A stretch of 32,000 nt of DNA, from contig CP025011.1 of NCBI GenBank assembly GCA_002952755.1, forward strand, positions 930,001 to 962,000. Direction: 5' to 3'. A program made the position numbers and the translations under genes. The notes beneath the pieces were generated by a model that worked only from the letters and a program-made list of their open reading frames with translations, was not told the DNA's origin and ran no database searches. The DNA is from Candidatus Saccharimonadota bacterium (GTDB lineage Bacteria; Patescibacteriota; Saccharimonadia; Saccharimonadales; UBA4665). Below are positions 1 through 8,760 of the stretch, piece after piece (positions within the stretch are counted from its first letter, which is position 1; each line of letters opens with the position of its first letter).

Positions 1-3
1 AGC

Positions 4-609
4 ATGTCCATTCTTCCGCCCGCGCTCACTGATGTTATTGAGGCGCTCGGCACGCTGCCCGGTGTTGGGCCGCGCACTGCCGAACGTTATGCGTATTATT
101 TGGTGCGCAACGACTCAACCAAAGCTCAAAAGTTAGCAAGCGCGCTCCAGGATATGCACGCAGGTGTAGGGTACTGCAAAAAGACCTACGCACTCGTGCC
201 GGCAGGACAGGAGTTGTCTGATCTATACACCGACCCCAGACGCGACAAAACGCTAGTGGCAGTGGTGGCAGAACCATTCGATATCGTCGCGCTTGAAAAA
301 ACGGCTAGCTTTAATGGCACCTACCATGTGCTGGGCGGCCTGGTTTCCCCCATTGATGGTGTGGGGCCGGAAAGCTTACGCATTGCCGAGCTCATCCAAC
401 GAATCGACGACGACGGGGTGCAGGAGATTATCCTCGCTACCAACGCCAGTGTAGAAGGCGAATCAACTGCGCTCTATATCCAAAAACAAATTGGCGACCG
501 GCCAGTGCAAGTCACTCGCCTAGCGCGTGGGCTACCGATAGGCGTCGACCTGGAATACGCTGACCAAATCACGCTCACCCGGGCACTCGAAGGACGCCAA
601 ACGCTCTAG
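4..609 (+). CDS. recR: Recombination protein RecR
   Basis: 201-aa ORF. HhH 'LPGVGPRTAERYAYYL', Toprim-like 'LVAVVAEPFDIVALEKT..YHVLGG..EIILATNASVEGESTALYI', C-terminal 'GLPIGVDLEYADQITL'. Only one of the four canonical Zn-finger Cys is present. Confidence 0.92.
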   Translation: MSILPPALTDVIEALGTLPGVGPRTAERYAYYLVRNDSTKAQKLASALQDMHAGVGYCKKTYALVPAGQELSDLYTDPRRDKTLVAVVAEPFDIVALEKTASFNGTYHVLGGLVSPIDGVGPESLRIAELIQRIDDDGVQEIILATNASVEGESTALYIQKQIGDRPVQVTRLARGLPIGVDLEYADQITLTRALEGRQTL

Positions 610-650
610 TCGTACCGAACCCGCGGGAACCCCGGCCAAAGACAGTCCGG

Positions 651-659
651 TGATATACT
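651..659 (+). promoter_or_regulatory. Extended -10 element TGaTATACT, 6 nt upstream of the helicase ATG (leaderless geometry)
   Basis: TG at 651-652, TATACT at 654-659, ATG at 666. Confidence 0.45.
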
Positions 660-665
660 GACTTT

Positions 666-3600
666 ATGGATCGCCCAAAGGCATTAAGGGCCGATACGAT
701 TCAACTTGCAGAAACAGTTCTGGGTCAACCATATTTTAGTGACCCACTATTAGAAACAGCTCTTCATGCTGACCCCTCTCAATTCCACGAAGATACGTAT
801 AATGCACGGCATCTAATACACACTGCAGTGTTACGGGGTTTAGCGAGCTTGCGCCACGCAGACCGGCTTGCGAGAAATGGTGACTTCGACCCCACGACCT
901 GGCAGCCTTCTGATGGCGACTTAGAGGCGCTGCGCACCCAGCTATCGCCCGCCATTGCACGAATTGCTATTCTCAATAACTTTGATGCTTGGATGGACAG
1001 AACTAAGTATGGCAGCGCCGCAGGCCTCTGGCCCCTGCAACAAGTGGCGATGAATGATACATGGAAAACACTCAAAGAGCTACCCAAAGATTCGCGTGAT
1101 CCAAATAGTAATTTTGGCGTTTCTACCCGCTTTGAACTAGCGACGGGCTTTGGCAAAACCATCCTTGCGTTAAAAACAGCACAGGCTGCGGGTGTCGGCC
1201 AAATTATTGGAGGTTCTGTGCCGGTGAAACCCCGGATGCTATATGTGACGTCCCGAAGGCACCTCATCCGGCAGCTCAAAGAGGACGCCGCGAAGCATAC
1301 TCCTGACATTCCCGTCAGCAAATTATATTGGGTAAATTCGCATGCACCCGACGGCATAGCAGCTACTACCTATCCGGCTCTTATAGAACGGCTCGAACGA
1401 GATGCAGACTTTCTTAATAATTACAGAGGGGGCATTGTTTGCCTTGATGAAGTCCACAACAGCCTAGGCCCCTTATTCCAAGAAAAGATTGAGGATGTAA
1501 AAAAGGACACCTTAGTATTAGCATATACAGCCACGCCCAGCTATGCCGATGGCCGAACTGTAAGAGACCTCTTTCCCCATCTGACATCAGAATACGATAT
1601 ACCTACCTGCATCCAGAATGGTGCAATACGCGGCGTACAGCTACTGGCCATCTCATCCGGCCATGAATTTACAATCGACACGAAAGATCTCAATGACGAT
1701 GACCTTGCTCTAGGAGATTTTAGAACTAGCGATCTATATGCACTTGTCGATAGCCACGATCGCAATACTCAGATTGCCGATATCGCACAAGCCTTCGTAG
1801 AGGGAGGCAGACCGGCTTATATTTCTTGTATACCGGGCAGAAAATGCCGCCACAGCCAATTACTAAAAGGAATATTGGACCAACGGCAGATTGTCGACGC
1901 CGTCACAGGTGAGACACGTCTACTGCGGGCCGAAATCGTCAATTCATACCTCCCCCGTGCTGAGGTAAAAAAGCACAAAGCTGCATTTGAAGCTGGCGAG
2001 CTAGACGTATTGCTTGACGTCGGATTACTAGGAGAAGGAAGCCACTTGAAAGGACTCCTTGCAATGGTTCTGACATCACCGACCACCTCCTCATTGCGGC
2101 ATGTGCAACGCTTTGGTCGTGGACTACATAAGGACGAAGCCCAACCGGCCGTTCCTTACACAGTAGTTGCAGAAATATTTGACAAGCTGACCTACATCGT
2201 AAACGAGTCTGAATTTGTTAAACGACTCCCTGCCCGCTATTTTACAAGTTGGGATATCTTCCAGGATACGGCATTCGAAAATGGTGTTATTTACGAAGCA
2301 ACGGGGAAAAGAACACCCCGGTCTCAGGGCGGAAATGAAGGTCAAATTGTTAAAGGAGTAAAGCTTCCTGCTCAAGTCGTACGCTCCATGCAACAATTCG
2401 ACCCCGAATTACTCCATGCAGCATTTTTTGTTCGGACATCAACAACCGAACTCGGCCCACCGCCTGAAGGGTTGGCGCCAATTGGCGATCTCATTAAAGC
2501 GGCGGGGCGTTACGGAGAAATGACTCCTGAATTTGCACGCAAAACCATTAAACGCAAGCTTGATATCGATAGCACGCTCTATATGGGCACACATCACCCT
2601 GTCTTTTGTGCCCCAAATACTAAGGAAGTCATAGAAATCCTAAAAGAATCACCTATATTAGATAAGCCTCCTGAGGGGTGGAAAAATGCCGCTACAATCG
2701 CAAAGAAGTATGGCCTGTCAGATAGAAAGGTCCGTAAGGCAATAGAGGATCTTGGTCCGACACTACAAAGTAAACCGTTTAGTTCAAAGGGTAGTCGAGA
2801 CAATGAAGGTATTGCGTTTTATCCGCCTGAGGATCAAGAACGCATCTATACGCGCGCCAAGCCACTCGAAGATCTTGCTCCGGGAGATCACACTGCCAAG
2901 AGCATAGCAGATGAATGCGGCACGAACCAAGAAGGAGTCAATGCCTTCTTTAAAAGCCGTGGGCATACTGGCGAACCTAAAAAAGGTTCTAAGGGTATAA
3001 GAACAGCAACGTATTCGGCCCAACAGCGCGCGGCATTCCGGGACTACTTCTACGGTAGAGAAGTACCACCCCGAGCGGCTTTTATCCAAGACCTCGTAGA
3101 GGCTACTGGCTTAACGAGGCATACGGTTGACTACCGACTTAAAGACCAACACCTGGGTGTATATGTGCACAAAGGTGGCGGCAACAATCGTTTTATTGAA
3201 GCAGAAATGGTTCCGAGTATCATCGGTCTGATAGATCCACGCTTTTCCGGGGTGATTGATTTAGATACATATGCCGAACACTACGATCTTGAACCACAAC
3301 AGGTAATGGCTATACTTAACACCTGTCAAGGGGGCAATGAGCATATCCTTGTAGTGGGTAGTGTAAGGCTCTTGAAGCCAGCCATCCTTCCCGAATTAAA
3401 CGAAGCTACTATGAGATATATAAAAGGCAAAGGGCGCTCCCTTGGCGCGAGCTTACAACGAGTAGCATCAGAGACGGTTAAGCAAGTACCAATACCTGCC
3501 GATGCTAAACTCGTACGTATCGAGGGCGCGCTTAGACAACTAGGCTGGTCGATTGAATCACTACTAACGCTCATGCGTGTGGCAAGAATTCCCCGTCAAG

Positions 3601-3911
3601 CTCTCGCCCGGGATCCCGCAACCAATGAACTAATAATGCATAATGAATTTATGCGACGCCTAATAAATCATACTGCACGCTTACAGGAGGCAACGAGCGA
3701 TGACTATACTCTAGCCGAGGCGGCAGAGAAGTTGCATATGAATACATCCGACCTATTTACCTTTGTCACTTCAGAGACCCCCAATCGTGAGATTTTACGT
3801 GTGCTGAGGAAGAACGCCAAGAGCAACTCCCCGCCTACCGCTATCGATGTATATTTATCCGCGCAGTCGATAGTACATGTGGCATATGCAAGGCAAAAAC
3901 CAGGCAACTGA
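666..3911 (+). CDS. SF2 (ResIII/DEAH-type) helicase with a C-terminal array of seven HTH-like modules
   Basis: 1081-aa ORF. Q-like 'LWPLQQ', motif I 'ATGFGKT', motif II 'CLDEVHN', motif III 'YTATPS', motif V 'LLGEGSHL', motif VI 'HVQRFGRGLH'. The C-terminal ~480 aa contains 7 repeats of the pattern h-xx-h-A-xxx-G-h-S/T-xxx-V-xxx-h. Confidence 0.85.
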   Translation: MDRPKALRADTIQLAETVLGQPYFSDPLLETALHADPSQFHEDTYNARHLIHTAVLRGLASLRHADRLARNGDFDPTTWQPSDGDLEALRTQLSPAIARIAILNNFDAWMDRTKYGSAAGLWPLQQVAMNDTWKTLKELPKDSRDPNSNFGVSTRFELATGFGKTILALKTAQAAGVGQIIGGSVPVKPRMLYVTSRRHLIRQLKEDAAKHTPDIPVSKLYWVNSHAPDGIAATTYPALIERLERDADFLNNYRGGIVCLDEVHNSLGPLFQEKIEDVKKDTLVLAYTATPSYADGRTVRDLFPHLTSEYDIPTCIQNGAIRGVQLLAISSGHEFTIDTKDLNDDDLALGDFRTSDLYALVDSHDRNTQIADIAQAFVEGGRPAYISCIPGRKCRHSQLLKGILDQRQIVDAVTGETRLLRAEIVNSYLPRAEVKKHKAAFEAGELDVLLDVGLLGEGSHLKGLLAMVLTSPTTSSLRHVQRFGRGLHKDEAQPAVPYTVVAEIFDKLTYIVNESEFVKRLPARYFTSWDIFQDTAFENGVIYEATGKRTPRSQGGNEGQIVKGVKLPAQVVRSMQQFDPELLHAAFFVRTSTTELGPPPEGLAPIGDLIKAAGRYGEMTPEFARKTIKRKLDIDSTLYMGTHHPVFCAPNTKEVIEILKESPILDKPPEGWKNAATIAKKYGLSDRKVRKAIEDLGPTLQSKPFSSKGSRDNEGIAFYPPEDQERIYTRAKPLEDLAPGDHTAKSIADECGTNQEGVNAFFKSRGHTGEPKKGSKGIRTATYSAQQRAAFRDYFYGREVPPRAAFIQDLVEATGLTRHTVDYRLKDQHLGVYVHKGGGNNRFIEAEMVPSIIGLIDPRFSGVIDLDTYAEHYDLEPQQVMAILNTCQGGNEHILVVGSVRLLKPAILPELNEATMRYIKGKGRSLGASLQRVASETVKQVPIPADAKLVRIEGALRQLGWSIESLLTLMRVARIPRQALARDPATNELIMHNEFMRRLINHTARLQEATSDDYTLAEAAEKLHMNTSDLFTFVTSETPNREILRVLRKNAKSNSPPTAIDVYLSAQSIVHVAYARQKPGN

Positions 3912-3963
3912 TCTTCATCTAACTCGGCCCTACCTGGAGCAAGTACGGTATTTACACTATCTT

Positions 3964-3972
3964 TGCTATACT
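3964..3972 (+). promoter_or_regulatory. Extended -10 element TGcTATACT upstream of the DHH phosphoesterase gene
   Basis: TG 3964-3965, TATACT 3967-3972; ATG at 4013 (about 34-nt leader). Confidence 0.35.
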
Positions 3973-4012
3973 TAAACATAGTAACAACCTGTCAAGATAC
4001 TGATAGAAAATA

Positions 4013-5056
4013 ATGTACCCTGAAGCTTCCGCCATTGCCGAGATAGTAAGCGATGCCCATCGCATCGTTATTCTGCAAGCAGACAATCCGGACGGCGACT
4101 CACTAGGGAGCGCCCTCGCCTTAGAGCAGATTTTGCACGAAATGGGCAAAGACCCCATTCTGTACTGCGGGGCCGATATCCCGTCCTACCTGTCGTATTT
4201 ACCCGGCTGGGACAGGGTAAGCAAAGACATACCGCACAATTTCGACGCCAGTATCATTGTCGATACCAGTGCCGATAGCCTATTCGAAAATTTAGCCAAG
4301 AGCGGACAAAAAGGCTGGATAGCCGCCAAGCGCCTCATTGTCATCGACCACCACCCGGTAGACAACACCATTACTTACGCCAATATTGTCTGCAACAAGC
4401 CGGCTGTCGCCACGGGAGAAATAATCTACGAGCTTGCTCAGCAGCTTGGTTGGCCGCTCAATAACACCGCTAAAGATATGATCGCCACCGCTATATTATC
4501 GGACAGTCTCGGACTCATGACCGACGCCACTACTGCCCGTAGCATTCACATCATCGCCGAGCTAGTAGAGGGCGGCGTGAGTCTACCCACATTGGAAAAT
4601 GCTCGGCGCGACCTCATGCGCAAAAGCCCACAGCTCGTTTCATACAAGGGGGAGCTGTTGCAACGTATCGAATACTGTGCAGACAACCGCATTGCCGCCA
4701 TCACTATTCCCTGGAGCGAAATTGAGCGCTACAGCCCCGAATACAATCCGTCTATGCTGGTGATCGACGACATGCGTAGCACCGTAGGTGTTCAGCTCGC
4801 CATTTCGTTCAAGCTCTATAACGATGGGCATGTAACCGCTAAAATCCGCGCCAACTTTGGGTACCCGGTAGCTGGCGAGCTAGCAAAGCACTTCGGCGGC
4901 GGCGGACATCCCTATGCCAGTGGGTTTAAGATTACCCAATCGCGCCCATTTAACGAAATAAAATCAGAGTGTATCAACGTTGCCGCCAGCCTCCTCGATC
5001 AACTTGAACAGGATAAAATCCATGAGCATGCAACTCTACAACACGCTGACGCATAG
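4013..5056 (+). CDS. nrnA: DHH/DHHA1 phosphoesterase (NrnA-like oligoribonuclease/pAp phosphatase)
   Basis: 347 aa. 'NPDGDSLGS', 'IIVDTS', 'VIDHHP' (DHH motif), DHHA1 'GGGGHPYASG'. Confidence 0.85.
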   Translation: MYPEASAIAEIVSDAHRIVILQADNPDGDSLGSALALEQILHEMGKDPILYCGADIPSYLSYLPGWDRVSKDIPHNFDASIIVDTSADSLFENLAKSGQKGWIAAKRLIVIDHHPVDNTITYANIVCNKPAVATGEIIYELAQQLGWPLNNTAKDMIATAILSDSLGLMTDATTARSIHIIAELVEGGVSLPTLENARRDLMRKSPQLVSYKGELLQRIEYCADNRIAAITIPWSEIERYSPEYNPSMLVIDDMRSTVGVQLAISFKLYNDGHVTAKIRANFGYPVAGELAKHFGGGGHPYASGFKITQSRPFNEIKSECINVAASLLDQLEQDKIHEHATLQHADA

Positions 5057-6428
5057 TCTCGAACCGTTTACGCCAATCGAAACGGGCCACGTACGTATGT
5101 ACTCTTGCGGCCCCACTGTCTACGATCACGCCCACATCGGTAATCTGAGCGCATACATTTTTGCCGATACGCTGCGTCGAACGCTCGCGGCTTCTGGATA
5201 TCGCATCACGCATGCCATGAACTACACCGATGTCGACGATAAAACAATTCGCCGAAGCCGCGAACGCTATCCGGATGAAGACCCTAACGTCGCTCTCCGC
5301 AAACTCACCGACGAGTACATTGCTATTTTCTTACATGACATGAGTCGAATTGGAAACGACATACACCGTCTTACTTTTTTGCGCGCGACCGACGAAATAG
5401 AGGGTATGCAAGCCCTCGTCACCACGCTACACCAGGATGGCTTTGCCTATATTGCAGACGACGGCGTGTACTTTTCGATTGCCGCTTACAAAGACAGTGG
5501 CAAGACATACGGGCAGCTGCTCGAGCTGCAAGAAAGCAACACCAGCGAAGCTCGCATCCAAAACGACGAATACGACAAAGAGTCAGTCCACGACTTTGCA
5601 CTCTGGAAGAAGCGCAAACAGGGCGAGCCATCCTGGGATTTTTCCCTGGACGGGCACGATCTACCTGGAAGACCAGGCTGGCACATTGAATGCTCAGTCA
5701 TGAGCCGCAAAGCGCTTGGGCAGCCGTTCGATGTCCATACCGGCGGTGTCGATTTAATTTTTCCCCATCACGAAAACGAAATAGCCCAGAGCACAGCAGG
5801 CGAAGCCAATCCAGTAATGTCGGCTTTTTTTGCCCACAATGAGCATATTCTGGTAGACGGTAAAAAAATGGCTAAGTCGGCCCAGAATTTCTATACGCTG
5901 ACAGATGTACAAGAACGGGGATACGATCCACTCGCTTTTAGGCTTATGATATTACAGGCCCACTACCGCAATCAGGTAAATTTTACCTGGGAAAGTTTGG
6001 AAGCGGCCCAGAATCGCTTGCAGAGATTCCGCAATCTCGCTGTTCAGCGGTTCCAGACGTCCGTAATGTCTAAGGAATCCAGCCACGTAGAGATCCCGAA
6101 AGAAAAAATTTTGGCTGCCCTGCAAAATGATCTCGACACACCGCGCGCACTCGCCCTCATCGAAAGCTATATCGACCAGATCGAGCAAACTCCGTCCAAC
6201 GACCCTTCGCGTATCGAAGACTTCATCACCTTCCTTGATGACTCATTTGGCCTCGATTTACTACAGCAACCCGATATATCTGGCGAGCAGAAGCAATACA
6301 TTGCCAAGCGTCAGCAAGCCCGAGACGCCAAAGATTGGAGTACGTCTGACGAAATGCGCGGGCAATTGGCAGCGCAAGGTATTGGTGTGCGTGACAGCCC
6401 GAGGGGGCCAGTCTGGTTCCGACAATAA
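5022..6428 (+). CDS. cysS: Cysteine--tRNA ligase
   Basis: HIGH-type 'AHIGN', KMSKS-type 'KMAKS', Zn ligand contexts 'CGPTVYD', 'PGWHIECS', 'FPHHENE'. N-terminus 'MSMQLYNTLT' matches typical CysS starts. The ORF-track start at 4980 is probably too far upstream. Confidence 0.93.
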   Translation: MSMQLYNTLTHSLEPFTPIETGHVRMYSCGPTVYDHAHIGNLSAYIFADTLRRTLAASGYRITHAMNYTDVDDKTIRRSRERYPDEDPNVALRKLTDEYIAIFLHDMSRIGNDIHRLTFLRATDEIEGMQALVTTLHQDGFAYIADDGVYFSIAAYKDSGKTYGQLLELQESNTSEARIQNDEYDKESVHDFALWKKRKQGEPSWDFSLDGHDLPGRPGWHIECSVMSRKALGQPFDVHTGGVDLIFPHHENEIAQSTAGEANPVMSAFFAHNEHILVDGKKMAKSAQNFYTLTDVQERGYDPLAFRLMILQAHYRNQVNFTWESLEAAQNRLQRFRNLAVQRFQTSVMSKESSHVEIPKEKILAALQNDLDTPRALALIESYIDQIEQTPSNDPSRIEDFITFLDDSFGLDLLQQPDISGEQKQYIAKRQQARDAKDWSTSDEMRGQLAAQGIGVRDSPRGPVWFRQ

Positions 6429-6469
6429 ACTGTCAAGGACCGCGCATTCTGCTATCATAAAGCATATAT

Positions 6470-6652
6470 ATGAGCAGTACGATCAAGCAACGTGGGCTAG
6501 CTGACGTCGGCCTTCTGGCGATCGTACTCGCGCTATGTGTCGTTATCGCAGCCGGAATGATGGTCATGATCCATGCCCAGGAAAAAACCGCCAGAAATAA
6601 CAGCAAAGCGCACGACTCGATTAAAAAGATAAATCCAGATTACGCTCCGTAA
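6470..6652 (+). CDS. Small single-pass membrane protein (hypothetical)
   Basis: 60-aa ORF with one hydrophobic helix 'VGLLAIVLALCVVIAAGMMVMI'. TGcTATCAT at 6450-6458 lies upstream. No homology recognised. Confidence 0.4.
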   Translation: MSSTIKQRGLADVGLLAIVLALCVVIAAGMMVMIHAQEKTARNNSKAHDSIKKINPDYAP

Positions 6653-6656
6653 AAAA

Positions 6657-7544
6657 CTAGCCAAGGGCTAGAACTACGATGCCCGCAATACCTACTACAG
6701 CACCTGCGAGAGGAATTGGGCGGATTACTTCATGCAGCTGCTTAATCGCCAAAAATACGGTGATAAGCGGATAGCAGGCTGATACGGCAACTACTACGGC
6801 CGCCAGACTAGCCGTCTGGCCGATGCCGACGCTCACTGCCAAAAATCCAACAAGCTGTAGCAGACTGGCACCAAGCAAAGATATATCCGTAAGCTGCGGC
6901 AAGCTGGGCCGCCACACGCTTTCTCGACGAGCAATGAGTGGCAATAATAATAAGAAAGTAACCGCGCTACTCATTACTTGTAACAGCATTGCAAATTGCC
7001 AACCGATCTTGCTGATTGCTTGCGCCAGTAGCGCGAAGGTCACGCCCCAACACAATGCTGCGCCCACGCCAAAGAAAGGCCCTATCCCCAGCATATCTTT
7101 TGTTCTCCGACGACCAACCATACCCGATGCCAGCGCCGCGCCGCCTATTACCAGGAGAATACCCACTCCTTGTATAAGACGCAGCGTATTACCAAACGCG
7201 AGTATGAGCAGCAGGACAGTAATAAGCGGGTACATGCTGCCAAGCGGGCTTACAATACTCACCGGACCAAGCTCTAGCCCTTTAAAAAACGAAGCCATGG
7301 CACAGGCGTAAGCAATACCAGCTGCCAACGCATATATAACTGCACTGGCTACGACCTGCGTATGCCCACGCATACATATCACATAGAGCAGGCCGTATAA
7401 CACAGCAGATACAGCATTTACGAAGAAGGCCGTACTTACACCGCCAAACTTTTTTGCAGCCCGCGCTCCCAAAAAATCGGACAACCCCCAAGATATGGAG
7501 GCCACCAACCCAAAAGAAACCGCCTGAAACGCTCCGCTACTCAT
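6657..7544 (-). CDS. EamA/DMT-family transporter
   Basis: 295 aa, about 10 hydrophobic segments arranged as two 5-TM halves, Gly/Ala-rich helices typical of the DMT superfamily. Confidence 0.75.
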   Translation of the reverse strand: MSSGAFQAVSFGLVASISWGLSDFLGARAAKKFGGVSTAFFVNAVSAVLYGLLYVICMRGHTQVVASAVIYALAAGIAYACAMASFFKGLELGPVSIVSPLGSMYPLITVLLLILAFGNTLRLIQGVGILLVIGGAALASGMVGRRRTKDMLGIGPFFGVGAALCWGVTFALLAQAISKIGWQFAMLLQVMSSAVTFLLLLPLIARRESVWRPSLPQLTDISLLGASLLQLVGFLAVSVGIGQTASLAAVVVAVSACYPLITVFLAIKQLHEVIRPIPLAGAVVGIAGIVVLALG

Positions 7545-7565
7545 GTCATCACCCGGAAGCGCTCT

Positions 7566-8714
7566 CTACGTACCAGCATGAGCGCCAGCATTGCCTGGCT
7601 TATCGTGTCTGGTAATAGCCTCATAGGTCGATTCTTCGATGATGCGCTTCGTGCGCAAGTAATCAAGCAGCGCAATACGCAAGCAGCCCATTAATGGAAT
7701 AGCCACCAAACCACCAAACAGGCCTCCAAAATTGACACCAATAATCACCGAGCTAAAGACAAGCAATGGAGACATATTGGTGGAGTTAGCCTGAATACGC
7801 GGCTGAATGATATAGTTCTCGATCTGCTGGTACAGAATGTAGTAAGCTAAAATGCTCGCGGCCGTCCATGGGGAATGGAACAACGCCACTGTCGTAACAA
7901 TCACTGCGCCAATAGTGTGTCCAATGAGCGGTATCAGGCCGCACACAAAGACGATTACAATCAGTGCTGCCGGGTAATTGATGCCCAAAATAAGCAATGC
8001 CGGCAATAGCATACACGAAGCAATGAAGGCGAGCGTTACCTGGCCATTCACATAGCCCTTTACCACCCGGTACATATCCCTCGCCAAACGATCAGCTCTG
8101 GCATGATGATTATCGGGAATAAGATCACGCGCAAAAGTTACCCACAGCGGCCCCTCAATCAACATCATAAATGTCAGTACCAAGATAGTAAGTACCGAGA
8201 AGATACTACTACCAATCTTAACCACGCTATTTACGGCAGTACCACCAATATTACCCGAGCGCTCTGAAAGTTGATGAGAGAGCTTGTCGACCTGGGTCTC
8301 CAGATGATAACGGGCAACGAAGTGCCCCAGCGACCCGTCTTGATCTCGCACTTGCTCGACAAGACCTGGAGCAGCGCTAATAAAATTACTGGTTTGGCGG
8401 ACCAGTGGCGGCACGATGCTCGCTAGAAAACTAAACAGGACAATAATAACGATGAAAAACGAGATAGCCGTAGCCAGCGCACGACTCCCGCGGCGCTTAC
8501 CCGGCAAACGCTGTGCAATCCAATGCACCGGGGCATTGAGGGCCAAGGACAAAAAGAAACCGGTAAAGAGAAGGATAACAGCATGGCGAGCCTGCTTGAG
8601 CGCCGCCACCATAATAATCGAGAGAATCACTACTCCCATGACGCGCACGACTGTTCTATTAGAGACGGTTATAGCGACACTGGGGACTTTTTCGGTAGAA
8701 TGAGATTCGGCCAT
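7566..8714 (-). CDS. AI-2E (PerM/YhhT) family transporter
   Basis: 382 aa polytopic protein. Family-typical 'YQQIENYIIQPRI' and 'GGLFGGLVAIPL' segments. Confidence 0.82.
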   Translation of the reverse strand: MAESHSTEKVPSVAITVSNRTVVRVMGVVILSIIMVAALKQARHAVILLFTGFFLSLALNAPVHWIAQRLPGKRRGSRALATAISFFIVIIVLFSFLASIVPPLVRQTSNFISAAPGLVEQVRDQDGSLGHFVARYHLETQVDKLSHQLSERSGNIGGTAVNSVVKIGSSIFSVLTILVLTFMMLIEGPLWVTFARDLIPDNHHARADRLARDMYRVVKGYVNGQVTLAFIASCMLLPALLILGINYPAALIVIVFVCGLIPLIGHTIGAVIVTTVALFHSPWTAASILAYYILYQQIENYIIQPRIQANSTNMSPLLVFSSVIIGVNFGGLFGGLVAIPLMGCLRIALLDYLRTKRIIEESTYEAITRHDKPGNAGAHAGT

Positions 8715-8760
8715 AACTTAATGATATTATGGCCCAGCCCCGATGCTTATGCAAGGCGAC

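Noticed and set aside
6470-6652. Small ORF considered as a type IV prepilin ('KQRG|LADVG...')
   Set aside because: The sequence after the Gly lacks the F/M-T-L-I/L-E signature: there is no Glu at +5 and Asp sits at +3. I kept it only as a generic small membrane protein.
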